Of a DNA stretch of 64,000 nucleotides, positions 11,616 to 23,964 are shown piece by piece (position 1 is the stretch's first letter; each line of letters starts with the position of its first letter). The notes beneath the pieces were generated by a model. The model did not search any database. It had not been told where the DNA came from and worked only from the letters and a program-made list of their open reading frames with translations. Both the position numbers and the translations under genes were made by a program. The stretch is from Priapulus caudatus (lineage: Eukaryota): positions 625,192 through 689,191 of the forward strand of contig NW_014577076.1 in NCBI RefSeq assembly GCF_000485595.1. Reading direction: 5' to 3'.

Positions 11616-14097
11616 ATTCTAACGTCGCATCTTTGTCGGCGAGCAGCTTCTGTTTCCTTGACGACCACCTCCCACGGGCTCGCTGCTTCCGTGAGCCCGT
11701 CACTGGGCTTCGTGTTGATGATGCGACCTTCATCTTTCTAACGTTCTGCATGTGCGTTATTGCCCCGGCCGGGTTGTTTTACACGTGTCTCGGATGGCTT
11801 GTTTCATCGTTTCAAGTCGGTTAGCGCATGCGCCCCTTTTGTTGTTCGTAATCGACTGATGATTTATGTTGGGCTGATTGATCTATAATTGCAGCGCGCA
11901 GACACACGACAAACCCCTACTGAGGCGTGTTCTACCGTTGAGTGGAAGATACTTTGGCGAAGCGTCGCCGTCGCATTCCCAGAAACGCGCGGTCCGGTTA
12001 TATGTATGGCAGACACGGTGCTGTGTTTTGTCGATAGAAATCCCGTGTCTTTGTTGCAATGGCTACATGTCATGCATCAGCTGTGATGACGGGTGTACAT
12101 GGCCGTCCGTGCAGGGCGGTGAATGCTTGATGTTTGAAACTCATATCCCCCGAGTGAAGCTTCAGATGTCTAGTAAATTTATACAGAAACGTACTCCAGA
12201 AATAGCTTTCGGTGAATGCGCATTCGCTAAGCCGCACAGTCACCAATCACGGCCAACGATTGCTATTTTTACGTACCGTTCGCAATAGCACACACACTTG
12301 CTGATTCTGTCATGGAAGGAAACATAGTGCACGCAGGCAGACAGGCGGGCAAGCGGGCAGACAAACGAGCGGGCAGGCTGGTAGGCAGGTAGGCAGGCAG
12401 GTAGCTATTCTTGGGCAATCAGACAGAGAACTGTCAGGGCAAGGGTAAGTAGGCAAGGAAGTCATAAAAGGGAGCAGTGCAACATTTAGTAGGCACATAG
12501 GTGAATTGGTCGGGGGAAGTGCATCATTGGTGCGAGGTGTGGAATTTAAGTATAGTAAGAATGTAGTGAACCCTTCAACCCTGTCAGTGCTATCTATTGT
12601 TGATAGCGCAGACAGAATCTGCGAGATTCACATAGAATTTACCCAACGGTGCGAAAAAATGCCGAGCTATAGTGCAGTAGCACAGCTTCCTTTATCTTAA
12701 CATCCTTCTGCGGAAAGCTGACACGCAGGATGTGATAGAACCGAATTTCAAGCATTCATCCTTAATGTACCGTGAGGATGGAAATTGTGAAATTGCAGGT
12801 CTGTCTCTCGAGAATAATGTCGCTCGTTATTCAAGCGTGAACGCTGGGAAAAAAGCAAATATAGACGCATTGATTTGCCATTTTCTGTCTGACTGGGTCT
12901 GTTTTCACGACGAGAGCGTTCTACTCCTGTCAGCTGGCTGCTGCTGTGCGGCCGCTGCGGCCATTGTTTGCGAAGCGTGGCTATGTACGAAGCCCACTGC
13001 ATTATGCACTGTCAGGGTGACGTAATTGCATCGGCAGTGGCAGCGAATGCGCGCGGAAGCTGCTCTCATTCACAGCGACGCAATTTTGACGTCGTTCCCC
13101 TCATAGAAAGGTATAGGATGTACATATTAGAAGCAGCAGGGGGCTTTTACGAGTTGTAGTTGAGAAAGCGCCACGGGACGCGCGTACTGTATATAGTGTC
13201 AGATGGAGGAATTTACCGCGCATTTATCCTCGATTCACCGATGCTCTGATCTTGATGTACGAATGCATTGAAATAGCGGGTGTTTATTTTTTTTCTGTAT
13301 TGTAGCACGAAAAGGGCAAATCACTATCACAACCTTCCGTATACTGCAGCACAGCCGCCCGTTTATATCGAGAAAATGATTATAGCTCTCACTGCAAGAA
13401 GAGACTGCGGGTTCCTTCTCTGCCTTGTCGCCCCACTTCAGCCATCCGACGCTCTGCTCACCTGGCTGCCCGACCTACCTCCCGCGTCTCACAGCGTGAT
13501 TGATCGCTCTACATGTGTAATACACATTGTGTATGTGTGTGTCTGCGTCCATGGCTGTTAACGCAGACGACTGCTGCGCATGAGCTCTCATTTCGCATTT
13601 GCGCAGCATTTGCATATAGTGCGTGACAAGAACGTGGTGAGTGGCAGTCACCTTGTCGGCTCAACTCCGCCCTGTCTGACGGTCTACGTATTAAATGCCG
13701 TACAACAATCACTGGTATTTGAGAAGCCTCAAGCGTGATCGAGCGAGATCGAGACGCATACGTTGTGCTCTGGTCGCGAATCGTTGTCAGTCGCGAGATT
13801 ATGCAGCCATTGTGCTTCCATACATTGACCTCGAGACAGGCTTGCTGCTTCGGCGTGACAGCGCTTCTAGATCTCCTCTCGCTAGTAACGGCATCCTGTA
13901 GTGATAACGGTCAACACACATGTACACCTGCTCGTCTCCGCACGCCATATATCTATAAATCTATCAGCGTTATAGACATTATTTATCACCCGTGCTTTCA
14001 TCTCAAACTGTGGTCGCCCCTCTGGTGTCATATATAGGTCATCGAGGGACACCGGCTGCATTAGTACGGCGCTAGCTTAGCCAGCATGTATAATATG

Positions 14098-14425
14098 AAA
14101 GAGAGAATGGGAAGAGAGATATATGGGGAGAGAGCTAGCGAAAGAGATAGCGATCGCGCGCACGAGAGAGATATATGTATGGAGAGAGGGGGAAAAGAAG
14201 GAGAGAGATGGAGAAGAGGGAGAGATGATGGAGAAGGGAGAGAGAAAGAGAGAGAGAGCGAGCGAGAGAGAGAAGGGGGGGAGGGAAAGATAAAAAAGAG
14301 GGAGAGGGTGAAACAGTGAGAGACATAGAGAGATAGATAGATAGATAGTTATATAGAGAAAGAGGGGGGGGGTAGAGCAGAGTGAAGAGAGCTGAGCGGG
14401 AGAGAAAGGGGAGAAGTGAAGAAGA
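14098..14425. repeat. GA-rich low-complexity tract
   Basis: Purine-rich (GA)n-like sequence; source of the ER-rich and SL-rich ORFs. Confidence 0.85.
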
Positions 14426-15619
14426 AGCGTACGAAAGTAAGAGAAAACTGTTGGTTGTCCAATCGAACGTGATGTACTCCTGCAGTGTATACTGCTGCTG
14501 TATCCAATGGGAAATCGATATAAATTAATTTGGGATAGGTTTCTTGTGGGTGCATCGCCATTGAAGACTTTCACGGTCAGTCTAAAGGTCGTTATGGTAT
14601 TCTAAATAGAACTCCTTCAAAGAATTTCGAGTTTCCACACAAGAGCGTAATCAAACATTGATTTCGGAAAGGTCGCACTGTCTATATATATAGGCACGCG
14701 CATTTAATGTGAAATGGTGTTCTGCAGTTAGCATTTGGTGAAAGAATACAAAGACGTTTTATTGCATGTAATTCAAATTCAGATACATGTACTGAAGTGG
14801 TTGTCTTACTACAAGTAGTGACCGACATGTAAATTGTAAAGTACTGCGGCGCCTCGATATCTGTGTCTTTTCGCTACCAGTTGTTCTGAACAAGTCCAAT
14901 TATCCCACGAAAACAATTGTGCTACTAATTACGCTTAATTTCTAAGGTAACTTACTCCTCCTAATTGCCGTAGAACACACTTGTTTATTCTACGCTACGC
15001 TGCTTCTTATGCAGTAGGTAGCTTACAGCACAATTCACCGCGTGATTGACACGGTAAACGCAATATTACACTCTCCTTATGATTGGCGCGCGTGCGATAC
15101 AATATATTTTGACTGCGTTCACCATAACTCACGTGGCCAATACAGATCATGGCTGGAGTATCATATTCACACTTACATTACATTGTATTTGCATTGTACT
15201 TGTACTTACATTTGTATTCGTAATTATAAATTAAAAGTCACAAATTATTAATTTCGTCAAATAGAGGCCCGTGCACCAATAAATAGGAGACGTGCACGGC
15301 TTCCCTGTCCATTCGCGTACACCAGCTCGACAAAGATTAAAACGGCTACACTTTGGTTTGGCAAACGTGAACAACTGTGCCGTAGCGTGGATTTTAACGT
15401 CGAGTTTGTGAATGTTAGAAGTGTGGTTTGGCTATGCGCATGCGTATTGTGAAATTGAACACGGGCCTGGCACCCGATTGCGTACGCACACAGTTTTGCG
15501 CGGTCTAAGCAGCCTGCCCCACCTCCATTTGGGGGCCAAATTAATCCGGACTATAGCGCGTATTCAGCGCGGGATATCGTGTACACACTGCAAAAATATG
15601 GCGCGGGTCTGGACCGGAC

Positions 15620-16023
15620 GCGAAATTTTTCCCCCCACTGCAGTTCCGGACCCTAACCCTAACCCTAACCCTAACCCTAATTAAATTTAATTAACACTAA
15701 TAAATTTAATTAAATAAAAAAATATTTATTTTAATTAAATTGTTGTAAATAAATTATGTAAATATTTGCATTAATTGGAAAACAATAGTTAAATGGATAA
15801 AGATAGAAAAATACATAAAACAGGAAAATAATTAAAAAACATACGGGATTCGAACCAACGACAATTGAGACGTAATGCCGGCGCGCTGTCTGATCGGCTA
15901 TACAGGGTTATTGAAAATCACACATGACATATGCTAAATAAGAGCGAAGTCGAGTGAATGGAGTGCGTTGATTGGCGGTGGAAAGATTGGGGTCCGGAAC
16001 TCAAGTGGGAAAAATAATTTTGC
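15620..16023. mobile_element. Short TIR element carrying (CCCTAA)5 and a tRNA-like cassette
   Basis: Imperfect TIRs GCGAAATTTTTCCCCCCACTGCAGTTCCGGACCC and GGGTCCGGAACTCAAGTGGGAAAAATAATTTTGC. Flanks are GGACCGGAC (15611-15619) and GGCCCGGAC (16024-16032). (CCCTAA)5 is at 15651-15680. Confidence 0.7.
15843..15900 (-). promoter_or_regulatory. tRNA-like RNA polymerase III type-2 internal promoter (A-box-like plus B box) followed by a T6 run
   Basis: The minus strand reads TAGCCGATCAGACAGCGCG...GTCGTTGGTTCGAATCCCG and then TTTTTT (15834-15839). The B box matches GGTTCGANNCC and the A box is imperfect. I see no complete cloverleaf. Confidence 0.55.
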
Positions 16024-16080
16024 GGCCCGGACTAGTTTTATGTGGTATCAAATTTGCAGTCTATACGGGGTATATAATAG

Positions 16081-16745
16081 CAGGGGTAAAAATTAACTTT
16101 TGAACAAGGGAGTCCAACGGACTCCCTGCCCTCAAAAAGAGGGAGTCCGTGGCAAAATGAGGGAGTCCGCAGTCTGAAGTTCAAAATTAAAGATATTAAC
16201 AATAACGCATGTGCTTATTTTGAAGATGCATGCGGTTGCACGTCTGCCAAATTTTCTTTGGACATTTGCTGAAAAAATACGGCAATTCCATGAGGCCGTG
16301 CTCTGGAACTAACTAGTTCGTATGGCAGAATTTTCAGGGAGTCACACGGACTCCGGCATATGTCAAACTAGACAGAGTGCACTCACGAAGAGTGCATACC
16401 TCCGCCAGCGACATACGCCATACGCCATACGACTGACGAACACACGAATAAGCCACGATATACGCGAGTGTACTGACATGTACACGCTGGCTTGCTGGCT
16501 TGCTGCTCGCTCGCTCGTAGCAGCCGCTCGTTGCTGCTGCTTGCTCACATGTACACGCTCGCTGGCTCGCTGCGCTGGCTGGCTTGCTGGCTGACGCGCT
16601 GATATCGATCGCGCGAATACACGAACACACGCACACGAGAGCGAAAACATAACCTCCTCCAACTCCGTTAGGCGGAGGTAATCAGGGAGTCCGGCAGTAA
16701 ATCAGGGAGTATTTGACTCTGGACTCCCGTTAATTTCGCACCCTG
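16081..16745. mobile_element. hAT-like MITE
   Basis: TIRs CAGGGGTAAAAATTAAC and GTTAATTTCGCACCCTG, with repeated subterminal GGGAGTCC/GGACTCC motifs at both ends. No clean 8-bp TSD. Confidence 0.7.
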
Positions 16746-17328
16746 TAATGACTGTAATAGTATCTTAATGCACAGAGGTGGTCACATTTATTCGTCGTGC
16801 CTTGTTATGGACAATTGCGTCAGATGAATAAAATATTAAGTAAACCAGCAATGCATTTAAAAAAATGTAAGTTTGCAGGTTTCATTTCCGAATGTCTGCC
16901 CGATTGTTTTAGATGTGTGTGTTCAATATTTCACAGGAAGAGTTTCTGTAAGCATTGCACTGCTGCTGGATTGTGCATTTGTTATTGCCGATGCATTGTC
17001 TATTGCAAAGATAAAATGTATTGTGCGCTGCAATGGAGGGTATTAGTACGTTAGTCGGGTAACGTGGTCAATTCACGGCTCCGTGGTCTTGTCAGGTCAG
17101 TGGGCAAGTCATTCCTCTGACCAGGTCATTATTCTGATCAGGCCAGTTTTCTGGTTAGCTCGCCACGCTACCAGCGACCGCTCTCTGCGCGAGGAACTTA
17201 CTTGCTGCGTTAGTAGCGTATTATGCAAATGTTGTATTGTACATTGTGCGTTGTAATTAACCAGGGGCGCTTCTAGCCAGGCGAGGCAGTGGGACTAAAT
17301 GTCCTGTTCGTTGTTCGTTGTTGTTTTT

Positions 17329-17749
17329 GTAATGACACGGGACGTAGGGCGCGATATATATATGCGTAGCCTCACGCATCTTCTAGCCCCGCCAAGGTCA
17401 GGCCGATATAATGACGAAAAACCGGTCGGATTGAAATGTCGCCGGGCGGTTTTTGGAAACGTATAAATAGGCACGGACGAAAGATCATGGGAGTTATATA
17501 TACCTACCCAGGAGACGTACGTGAGTACGGACTTTCCTATCAAGATGTAGCGAGGAAGTCGAGACACGGGGCCTAGGCTTGGGTGCCTAGGTTGCCGTAG
17601 TGTATATATATATATATATATTTGTATTGTGTTTTACTAATAAAGTCAGTCTTTAAGAATAAATTCTGCGACTACATCGTCTTTACTCCTTGCTGCAATC
17701 GTCTATGATGCTACGATGCCGGACCTAAGATCCTCAAAACCGAACTACA
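17329..17749 (+). mobile_element. Possible solo LTR
   Basis: TGTA...TACA ends, TATAAATA at about 17462 and AATAAA at about 17639 and 17658. No TSD found, so boundaries are uncertain. Confidence 0.3.
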
Positions 17750-19680
17750 ATACAATTATTAAAGTTGTCTGATTGATTAAACATTTATTAATGGCGAATT
17801 TTCACATCAGAGCCATTCCTTGAGGAAAACATCTTCCGGGCATCGATATAACTTGATAGAGGTCATGGAGATGCTCAATACGTAGAATACATCGAATTGT
17901 CATCAAATTTGCATCCACTCCGCGCCGAGTGCGAGTTATATGCCCAGAAGCGTGGAGTCGGGATACATTATATCGAAAGGGTCTGTAGGCCCGTGTTTCT
18001 TTAAAAGCATGCATTACTTCACAGCTCGTCTTGACTTCCTAAATAATACAGAGGTTTACATGCTAGTGCCTATTAAAGCTAAATTTATTTGCAACATCAA
18101 ACAGATTCTTTAACCATCCTCATCGTAATTTGCCTTGATGCGCGATGATGAGCGCGTTGATGTGATTCGACACAAATACCAAATACCAATTTATTTCACT
18201 GCTGACTCCGGTTTTGGACTGATTAGAATGATCTAGACCCGTAACAAGTCAGCTGACACCTGCAAGTCTATATAGATCACTCACAGCGGTGGTCAATCAG
18301 TCTACCTGTGCATGATACCTGTACACCAGGATGCATACGCCGAGCTTTTAACATGGTAACAGTGTGTTAACAGTGTTTTGCGTGAGTTATATTTGACGAT
18401 TAGGGGATAAGATAGACGAAAAATCAAGATCGCGGCACAATGGAAACCCGTTTGATGTATGTCATAATGTAGATATAAGTGCAAGCCAGGGGCGCATAGC
18501 CGAGAGGACCGAGATTAGCAGTCTCTCACGCACACGGCAATACATCGCGACGCGTGCAGCTTTACGATGCAAGGGTCATTACTGTATGGCCGAGGGCAAG
18601 ATGTGTTGTTTCGCCAGCTGAAGCGGAATCGTATGTTTCGTTGAGCTCGCGCTCGTCACTGCTAAGTATGTGTTAGCAATATACGCTATTATGTACGGCT
18701 TTGTGTCAGCTGGTAGTAGCAGCAACTAATATTGTTGTAACATGTGTTTTGCACGTGTTGCATGAATTAGTCAGTGAGGCTGGACCGGGGGTTGTTTGGT
18801 GACCAGTTAGTCTGTGTAGACATTGATGTTACAGGAATTGGATAAGCGGGTTTTAGGTTAGGCAGTTTCTAGGGTCATTGTGAAATGGGGGTAGGACGCG
18901 GTTTGGGAGAACGGGTACATGTGCGTGCAGGATGTTTGTAGGAGTTTTGGGGGAATATATAGAACAGAGATGTAAGAGGAAGGGGAGGCTGGTTCTGGTC
19001 GTGAGAGTACGTGCACGCGCGACCGCGCGTGTGCGCGGGTCTTTGTCTGTGTGTAAGGAGATGTGATGTGTGTAAGATATTAACGGTTATACAGTTTTAC
19101 CACACAAATTCTGGATTTGGATCTACTTCATCGTTTCTACATTAATTAATACTCATTTCAACGTTGCATTGTGTTTCCGGCTTCAGTTACCAATATGGAT
19201 CAATATTAACGTTATAAAATAAATCCATATTACACGAACATTTAGACATGGAACATGCTCTTGATGTTTTTTTCTTTTTTAGTGTGCTTACTAGATGATT
19301 AGCTTGACGTAGTAAATGATTTACATGTAAATTGTAATTGTTGCCAGTATCCTACAGGCTGTCGCTATAATGTGGAGGCATTATGTCGTGTAACTAAGGG
19401 TCATGGTGTAACACGTCATGTGTAACGAATAATGTCGGCGTGAAACAGGCGTGGCCTAGCTGTGACTTCATGTACGCTATGATGTAACCAAGGATACATG
19501 TATGCTAAACAGAATTACACAGAAAGCGTAATAAAAGAGAAATAATCTGTTCATTGTATTTCGGCTGCAACCGGTATTCCGTAATTTCATCTGCGTTGGG
19601 GATGTTCTTGTGAAGCACTGTCTGACGATTAAAGTTGCTCAACCTCACAGCTAAATGCATATATATAGACCTACTGTGAG

Positions 19681-20587
19681 TGGGAACCGATCTATAGTCC
19701 TACGGGTCGTTGGTCCTACGGGTCGTTGGTCCTACGGGTCGTTGGTCCTACGGGTCGTTGGTCCTACGGTTATTAGTAAAAGGGGTAGAGTGCATGTCCA
19801 ATTTTTTTTAAATCATTTATTTTTTTTTTTTTTAATAAAATTTTTTAATCGTATTTGTTTAAATTTTTCTTTTTACATTTTCTTTACAAAATTATTTTCC
19901 CAATTTTATTATGTATGTGGCTTTTTACTATGATTGAAGTATGCACCAGACAGGAGTGGTGGAGGAGGAAGCAAAATAATTCTTAACTATTTCAGTGTCA
20001 TTCAACCCTCGAGACCTTATCACAAAATTTCATTCACCCACGCCAAAATTACCTTATGTTTTTGTCTATTTTCATTCACCTCAAATAATTTCATTCACCG
20101 CTATTGGGTGAACCATACACCAGTTAAGACGTACTGTGGTACGCACACATGCACGTCCACTCTGCTTGTAAATACACTGTGTATATTTTTGACCAAGTAT
20201 AATTATTTTTATTGTTAATATTCATTTATTAATAGCTGCATCATCGTATTATTTGTATCGGCACCGTAGGACACGTTGGTCCTACGTGCGTTTGGTCGTG
20301 GGTAATTTAAAATTTAAAAAAATTAAATTTAAAAAAGTGCATTAAAAATTAAATTTAAAAAAATTAATCAAAAATTAAATTAACTTTTTTTTAAATTAAA
20401 ATTGAATTAAAAACAAAATTAAATTTAAAAATTAAATTATGAAAAAAATTTAAATTAACAAACAATTAAAGAAAACAATTACGTGTGCCTGCGTGCACCG
20501 TAGGACCAACGACACCCGTAGACGCAACGACCGTAGGACCAGCGACCCGTAGGACCAACGACCCCGTAGGACTAAAGAACTGTAATC
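19681..20587. mobile_element. Foldback/MULE-like element with 16-bp subterminal tandem repeats
   Basis: (GTCCTACGGGTCGTTG)x4+ at about 19697-19769, inverted (CCGTAGGACCAACGAC) copies at about 20498-20573, and an AT-rich core. The direct repeat CTGTGAG (19674-19680 and 20588-20594) occurs only once in the 62.6-kb host copy. Confidence 0.8.
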
Positions 20588-20851
20588 CTGTGAGCTCGTC
20601 TATGCTCCAAAAATTCACTAGAACTCATTTGTATGCTACTTTCATGACATTCTCTCTCAAAATCTAAACGAAATTACTTTTCTACGAACGTTAGCACCAC
20701 AGTGATGTTTACACATCCGGACACAGCGGAGCGATCGTTAACAATGGGGTTAGCCGCTAGAAACAGTTTGCCGCTGGAGGGCAGCACATCTGCAGAGTGA
20801 AGATTATCCGCGTACCCATATGCAACACCCGTGATAGAGTGGAGGAAGTGC

Positions 20852-21171
20852 GTGTTTATTCTTTTGTGTGTGCTGAGGAGTTATGTAATATGTTTATTGA
20901 GATTCACTGTTGATATTAGTGGTGGCATATGTGAAGTGGGTGTTTATTCTTTTGTGTGTGCTGAGGAGTTATGTTACTTATGCAATATGTTTATTGAGAT
21001 TCACGGTGATATTAGTGTGGCATATGTTGAAGTGGTGTTTATTCTTTTGTGTGTGCTCAGGAGTTATGTAATATGTTTATTGAGATTCACGTGATATTAG
21101 TGGTGCATATGTTGAAGTGGTGTTGATTCTTTTGTGTGGCTCAGGAGTTATGTAATATGTTTATTGAGATT
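20852..21171 (+). repeat. Tandem repeat, about 4 copies of 85-95 bp
   Basis: GTGTT(T/G)ATTCTTTTGTGTG...AGGAGTTATG...TATGTTTATTGAGATT starts at about 20852, 20940, 21035 and 21120. Confidence 0.9.
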
Positions 21172-21252
21172 ATTAAAGCTACACAAGACTCAAGTGTGCA
21201 ATACAAATTATGTATATCTTTATTTCTAAAATGCAGCCATTTACTACAGACA

Positions 21253-21500
21253 CTAGGCATTACTGCTGACAATAGCTCGCCTATAGTTGGAAACTCATGA
21301 AGGCACACCTTAACAATTCTTCCACCGAAGAGAAATCTTCTGATGGGCCAGGTCTCTTTTTAATATTTTAAATGTCTGCTTAACCAACCTCGACCCTCTC
21401 TACACGAATCCTCTTGATGCGATACGTCTATCCCTAACAACTGTCTCTGCATTAAGTTGGGATTTTCCTTTGAGCATGACGGCGTGTTTACATGCACATT
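21253..21500 (-). pseudogene. Frameshifted C-terminus of an ISL2EU/Harbinger DDE transposase
   Basis: Manual translation across frameshifts gives NVHVNTP/MLKGKSQLNAETVVRDRRIAS/KRIRVERV/TFKILKRDLAHQKISL/GRIVKVC, matching the Harbinger-type IAxxRIHVERxI...FKIL motif that carries the third catalytic Glu. Confidence 0.8.
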
Positions 21501-22049
21501 ACAGCGTCAAACCTTGAGTCCTTTTCTTTCGTCTAAAAATAAGACATATTTAAGAAACGTTTAATGAATATATATTAAAAAAATGCGTGGTGGCAACGAA
21601 GGGCTATAGCACTCGAGAGCTAATCTCAATATATAACAATAATAAAACATGTAGAATGAATGCTGGTGATTAATATAGCCAAGTACCTGCATGGTACCAG
21701 GTACTGGTACCTCGTACTAGAGACACCTGGCCTCGATTATTTACCAATTACCAGCTGAACGTTGCCACTGGCATTGTCCTATTATAATTATACTGCTCTG
21801 TAGCGATAAATTTTGTTAATGATAACACAAACAGTTGTTTTTATAATCCAGAGAGACAGTGATACAAGATTGCGCTGGCACAGCTTTGCTGTGATTCCTA
21901 AGCGCTGTGCGCGATTAGACGCGCAGTTGCCGCGGGATATGCGCACGCGACGGCGGGATGTTCAAGTATGAAGTGCTGTCCGCAGTGGAGACGCTGCGCC
22001 AAATTCGAGCCCGCGCGCACGTCTCCACAGCCGTCAGCGAATGGTCTGT

Positions 22050-22620
22050 CGTTTTAGAAGATGACAATGATTATATATTGAACGATATTGTAGGACATTG
22101 GAGATTATAAAACCGTAACAAAAATTGGTCAGTCATTCTCCAGATTAGCTGAATCAAAAAGATTCGAATTTAATATGAACAAAAACAAATACAATGTTAT
22201 AACATTCACAAACAAAGAAAAGATAGAGAATTAATAGGCAACCAAGTATTAAAAAAATGCACCAAATATTCATACCTAGGGGATTTAATTAATTGATATA
22301 TGGAGCTTATAACGAATGATAAGAGTCCGAACTTAAAATGTAGGTTCATGACCGAGGGAAATATTATCGTGGCAGAAGAGCAAAATTATGGAAATCATTA
22401 CTATAGAAGCAACGAGTAAAATTATACGAAATGCACAGTTTGACTCTTCCTTCCTAAATAACATAAAAGATGGACTCACTAACTAAGGAAGAAGTAAAAA
22501 TGTTGGAGGATTTCCAAAATGAGTGCCTGCGCAAAATAACAATCACGCAGAAAACCTACCGAAAGGCATTGAAAGACGATGAAAACTCCAAGGAAAGATA
22601 CGGAGAAATCAGTAAAAATA
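22050..22620 (+). pseudogene. Degenerate LINE reverse-transcriptase C-terminal fragment inserted in the ISL2EU element
   Basis: Remnants KRFEFNMNKNKYNVITF, IGNQVLKKCTKYSYLGDLIN (YxYLG thumb motif) and KMLEDFQNECLRKI, with many stops. Confidence 0.65.
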
Positions 22621-23299
22621 ACATATAGTTTCTATACGTAAATCGTGGTAAATACATATAAAAACGCATTATTTTATTGAAAATTTACTTATAAAACATC
22701 CAAGAGATGGCGCTGTGGCATGTAAACATTAGCTCGGAGTAGCCCCTGAACATTGTGTGTGTTTTATTGAATTGTTCAATGAATGACGCACTCGTTCACT
22801 TCCGACAGCAAGTGAAAATGCAGAAAATTTTCCTGTTCGATTCGAAATGCATCGGCCGGGCATTTCATTATTTACGAAAAGAAAACAGGCTGGGGAAAGG
22901 AACCGGTCACGTCGGTGACGCCCCATTCATGCCCATCAACGAAGAAGGCGGGGCCTATTCTTATTACGGAGATGCTAAAATGCAACAAAAGTACGTAGCT
23001 TAGTGCGCTAAACGGCGTGTTATTTTCGTTTTTGTGCCAAACTCTATCGTAGGAAACCGTTCTAGCCTAGCAGAATGCCCTAGTTCGTGAGATCGGCGAT
23101 TCCATGGCGAAATGGTATTGTACTCAAAAAGTTAGAAGATAAGGGGGCGGCGTAGACTGTGATTGGAAGACACAAAGTGTCAATCCTCGGCGAGCCTCGG
23201 TATCATGGCCGCATCACGTCTAGACTGCATGGAATACGCAAGAAAACTACTGCAAACCTCAAAGTCAAAATGAGCTAATAACTAATGTTTATAAGCTAT

Positions 23300-23440
23300 T
23301 TTCGATATTACACTTACTTAAAAGTGTACTAGTATAGTCAGCCTCTCTGAAGTGATCGCTGCAGACTTTACGAAGGCATTTTAACTTGGTTATATCGCTA
23401 TGACGATACGATCGGCTATTCGTGATTCCTGTATCTTTCC
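23300..23440 (-). pseudogene. THAP zinc-finger remnant of the ISL2EU transposase
   Basis: ORF 23289-23495 contains KVCSDHFREADY (23334-23369), the C-terminal CxxHF motif of THAP domains. Confidence 0.6.
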
Positions 23441-23908
23441 AACTGACCGGTTGATTGCGCAATCGTTGTAACACCTCTAACTCCCGCTGCGCCACCTGCT
23501 GACAAAGCTAGCGGCTAACCCCATTCTTTTCTATGATAAAACAAGTTATAATTCATTATTATATGTTTATTCAGTACAAAATTGTGAAATTTGTTTAAAT
23601 CATATATCGTTATCTACATTACGTATGCAATCAGGAAACAAATATAGTGTTTTCGTTCCAGGAACTATAGAAATATTTCTATGGAACTCTCCAGGCGCTG
23701 GCGCGTATGGATACTATTTAGCGTCATGTGGCACTTCGTTGTGGGAAAACTACGTCGATGTAGTTATTCAAAATAGTCAACTTCGGAGCACATTTCTGGC
23801 TCAATGTGATTGTGAATGAGAACATTTCGTGATGTTTGCACACTGCAAGTATGCTCACAGTATAGGTCTATATATAGGCCTCTTGTTGCGAGGTCTATCA
23901 ATTTTAAG

Positions 23909-23910
<2 letters not shown>

Positions 23911-23960
<50 letters not shown>

Positions 23961-23964
23961 GTGT
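23911..23964. repeat. (GT)n microsatellite
   Basis: Directly visible. Confidence 0.95.

Larger units (their letters stand above)
20746..23522 (-). mobile_element. Decayed ISL2EU-type (PIF/Harbinger group) DNA transposon
   Basis: Perfect 15-bp TIRs GGGGTTAGCCGCTAG and CTAGCGGCTAACCCC with AAT|...|ATT flanks (AT TSD). THAP-like and DDE remnants lie on the minus strand in the expected order. Confidence 0.8.
19633..23903. mobile_element. Kolobok-like non-autonomous element (TTAA TSD) expanded by nested insertions
   Basis: TTAA at 19629-19632 and 23904-23907, with imperfect TIRs AGTTGCTCAACCTCACAGC and GTTGCGAGGTCTATCAATT. Segments 19633-19680, 20595-20736 and about 23528-23903 are collinear with the uninterrupted copy at 62641-63193. 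Confidence 0.8.

Noticed and set aside
11620..11745. Possible minus-strand exon (KDEGRIINTKPSDGLTEAASPWEVVVKETEAARR)
   Set aside because: No polypyrimidine tract, no convincing donor and no recognisable domain.
12390..12450. GNQT...G|GTAAGT as candidate KIF13 exon 2
   Set aside because: It lies in a (GCAG/GTAG)n repeat, lacks the surrounding kinesin residues and an acceptor, and ends in the wrong phase.
15843..15900. Functional tRNA gene
   Set aside because: The B box is good, but I cannot form acceptor and anticodon stems; it is kept only as a tRNA-like cassette.
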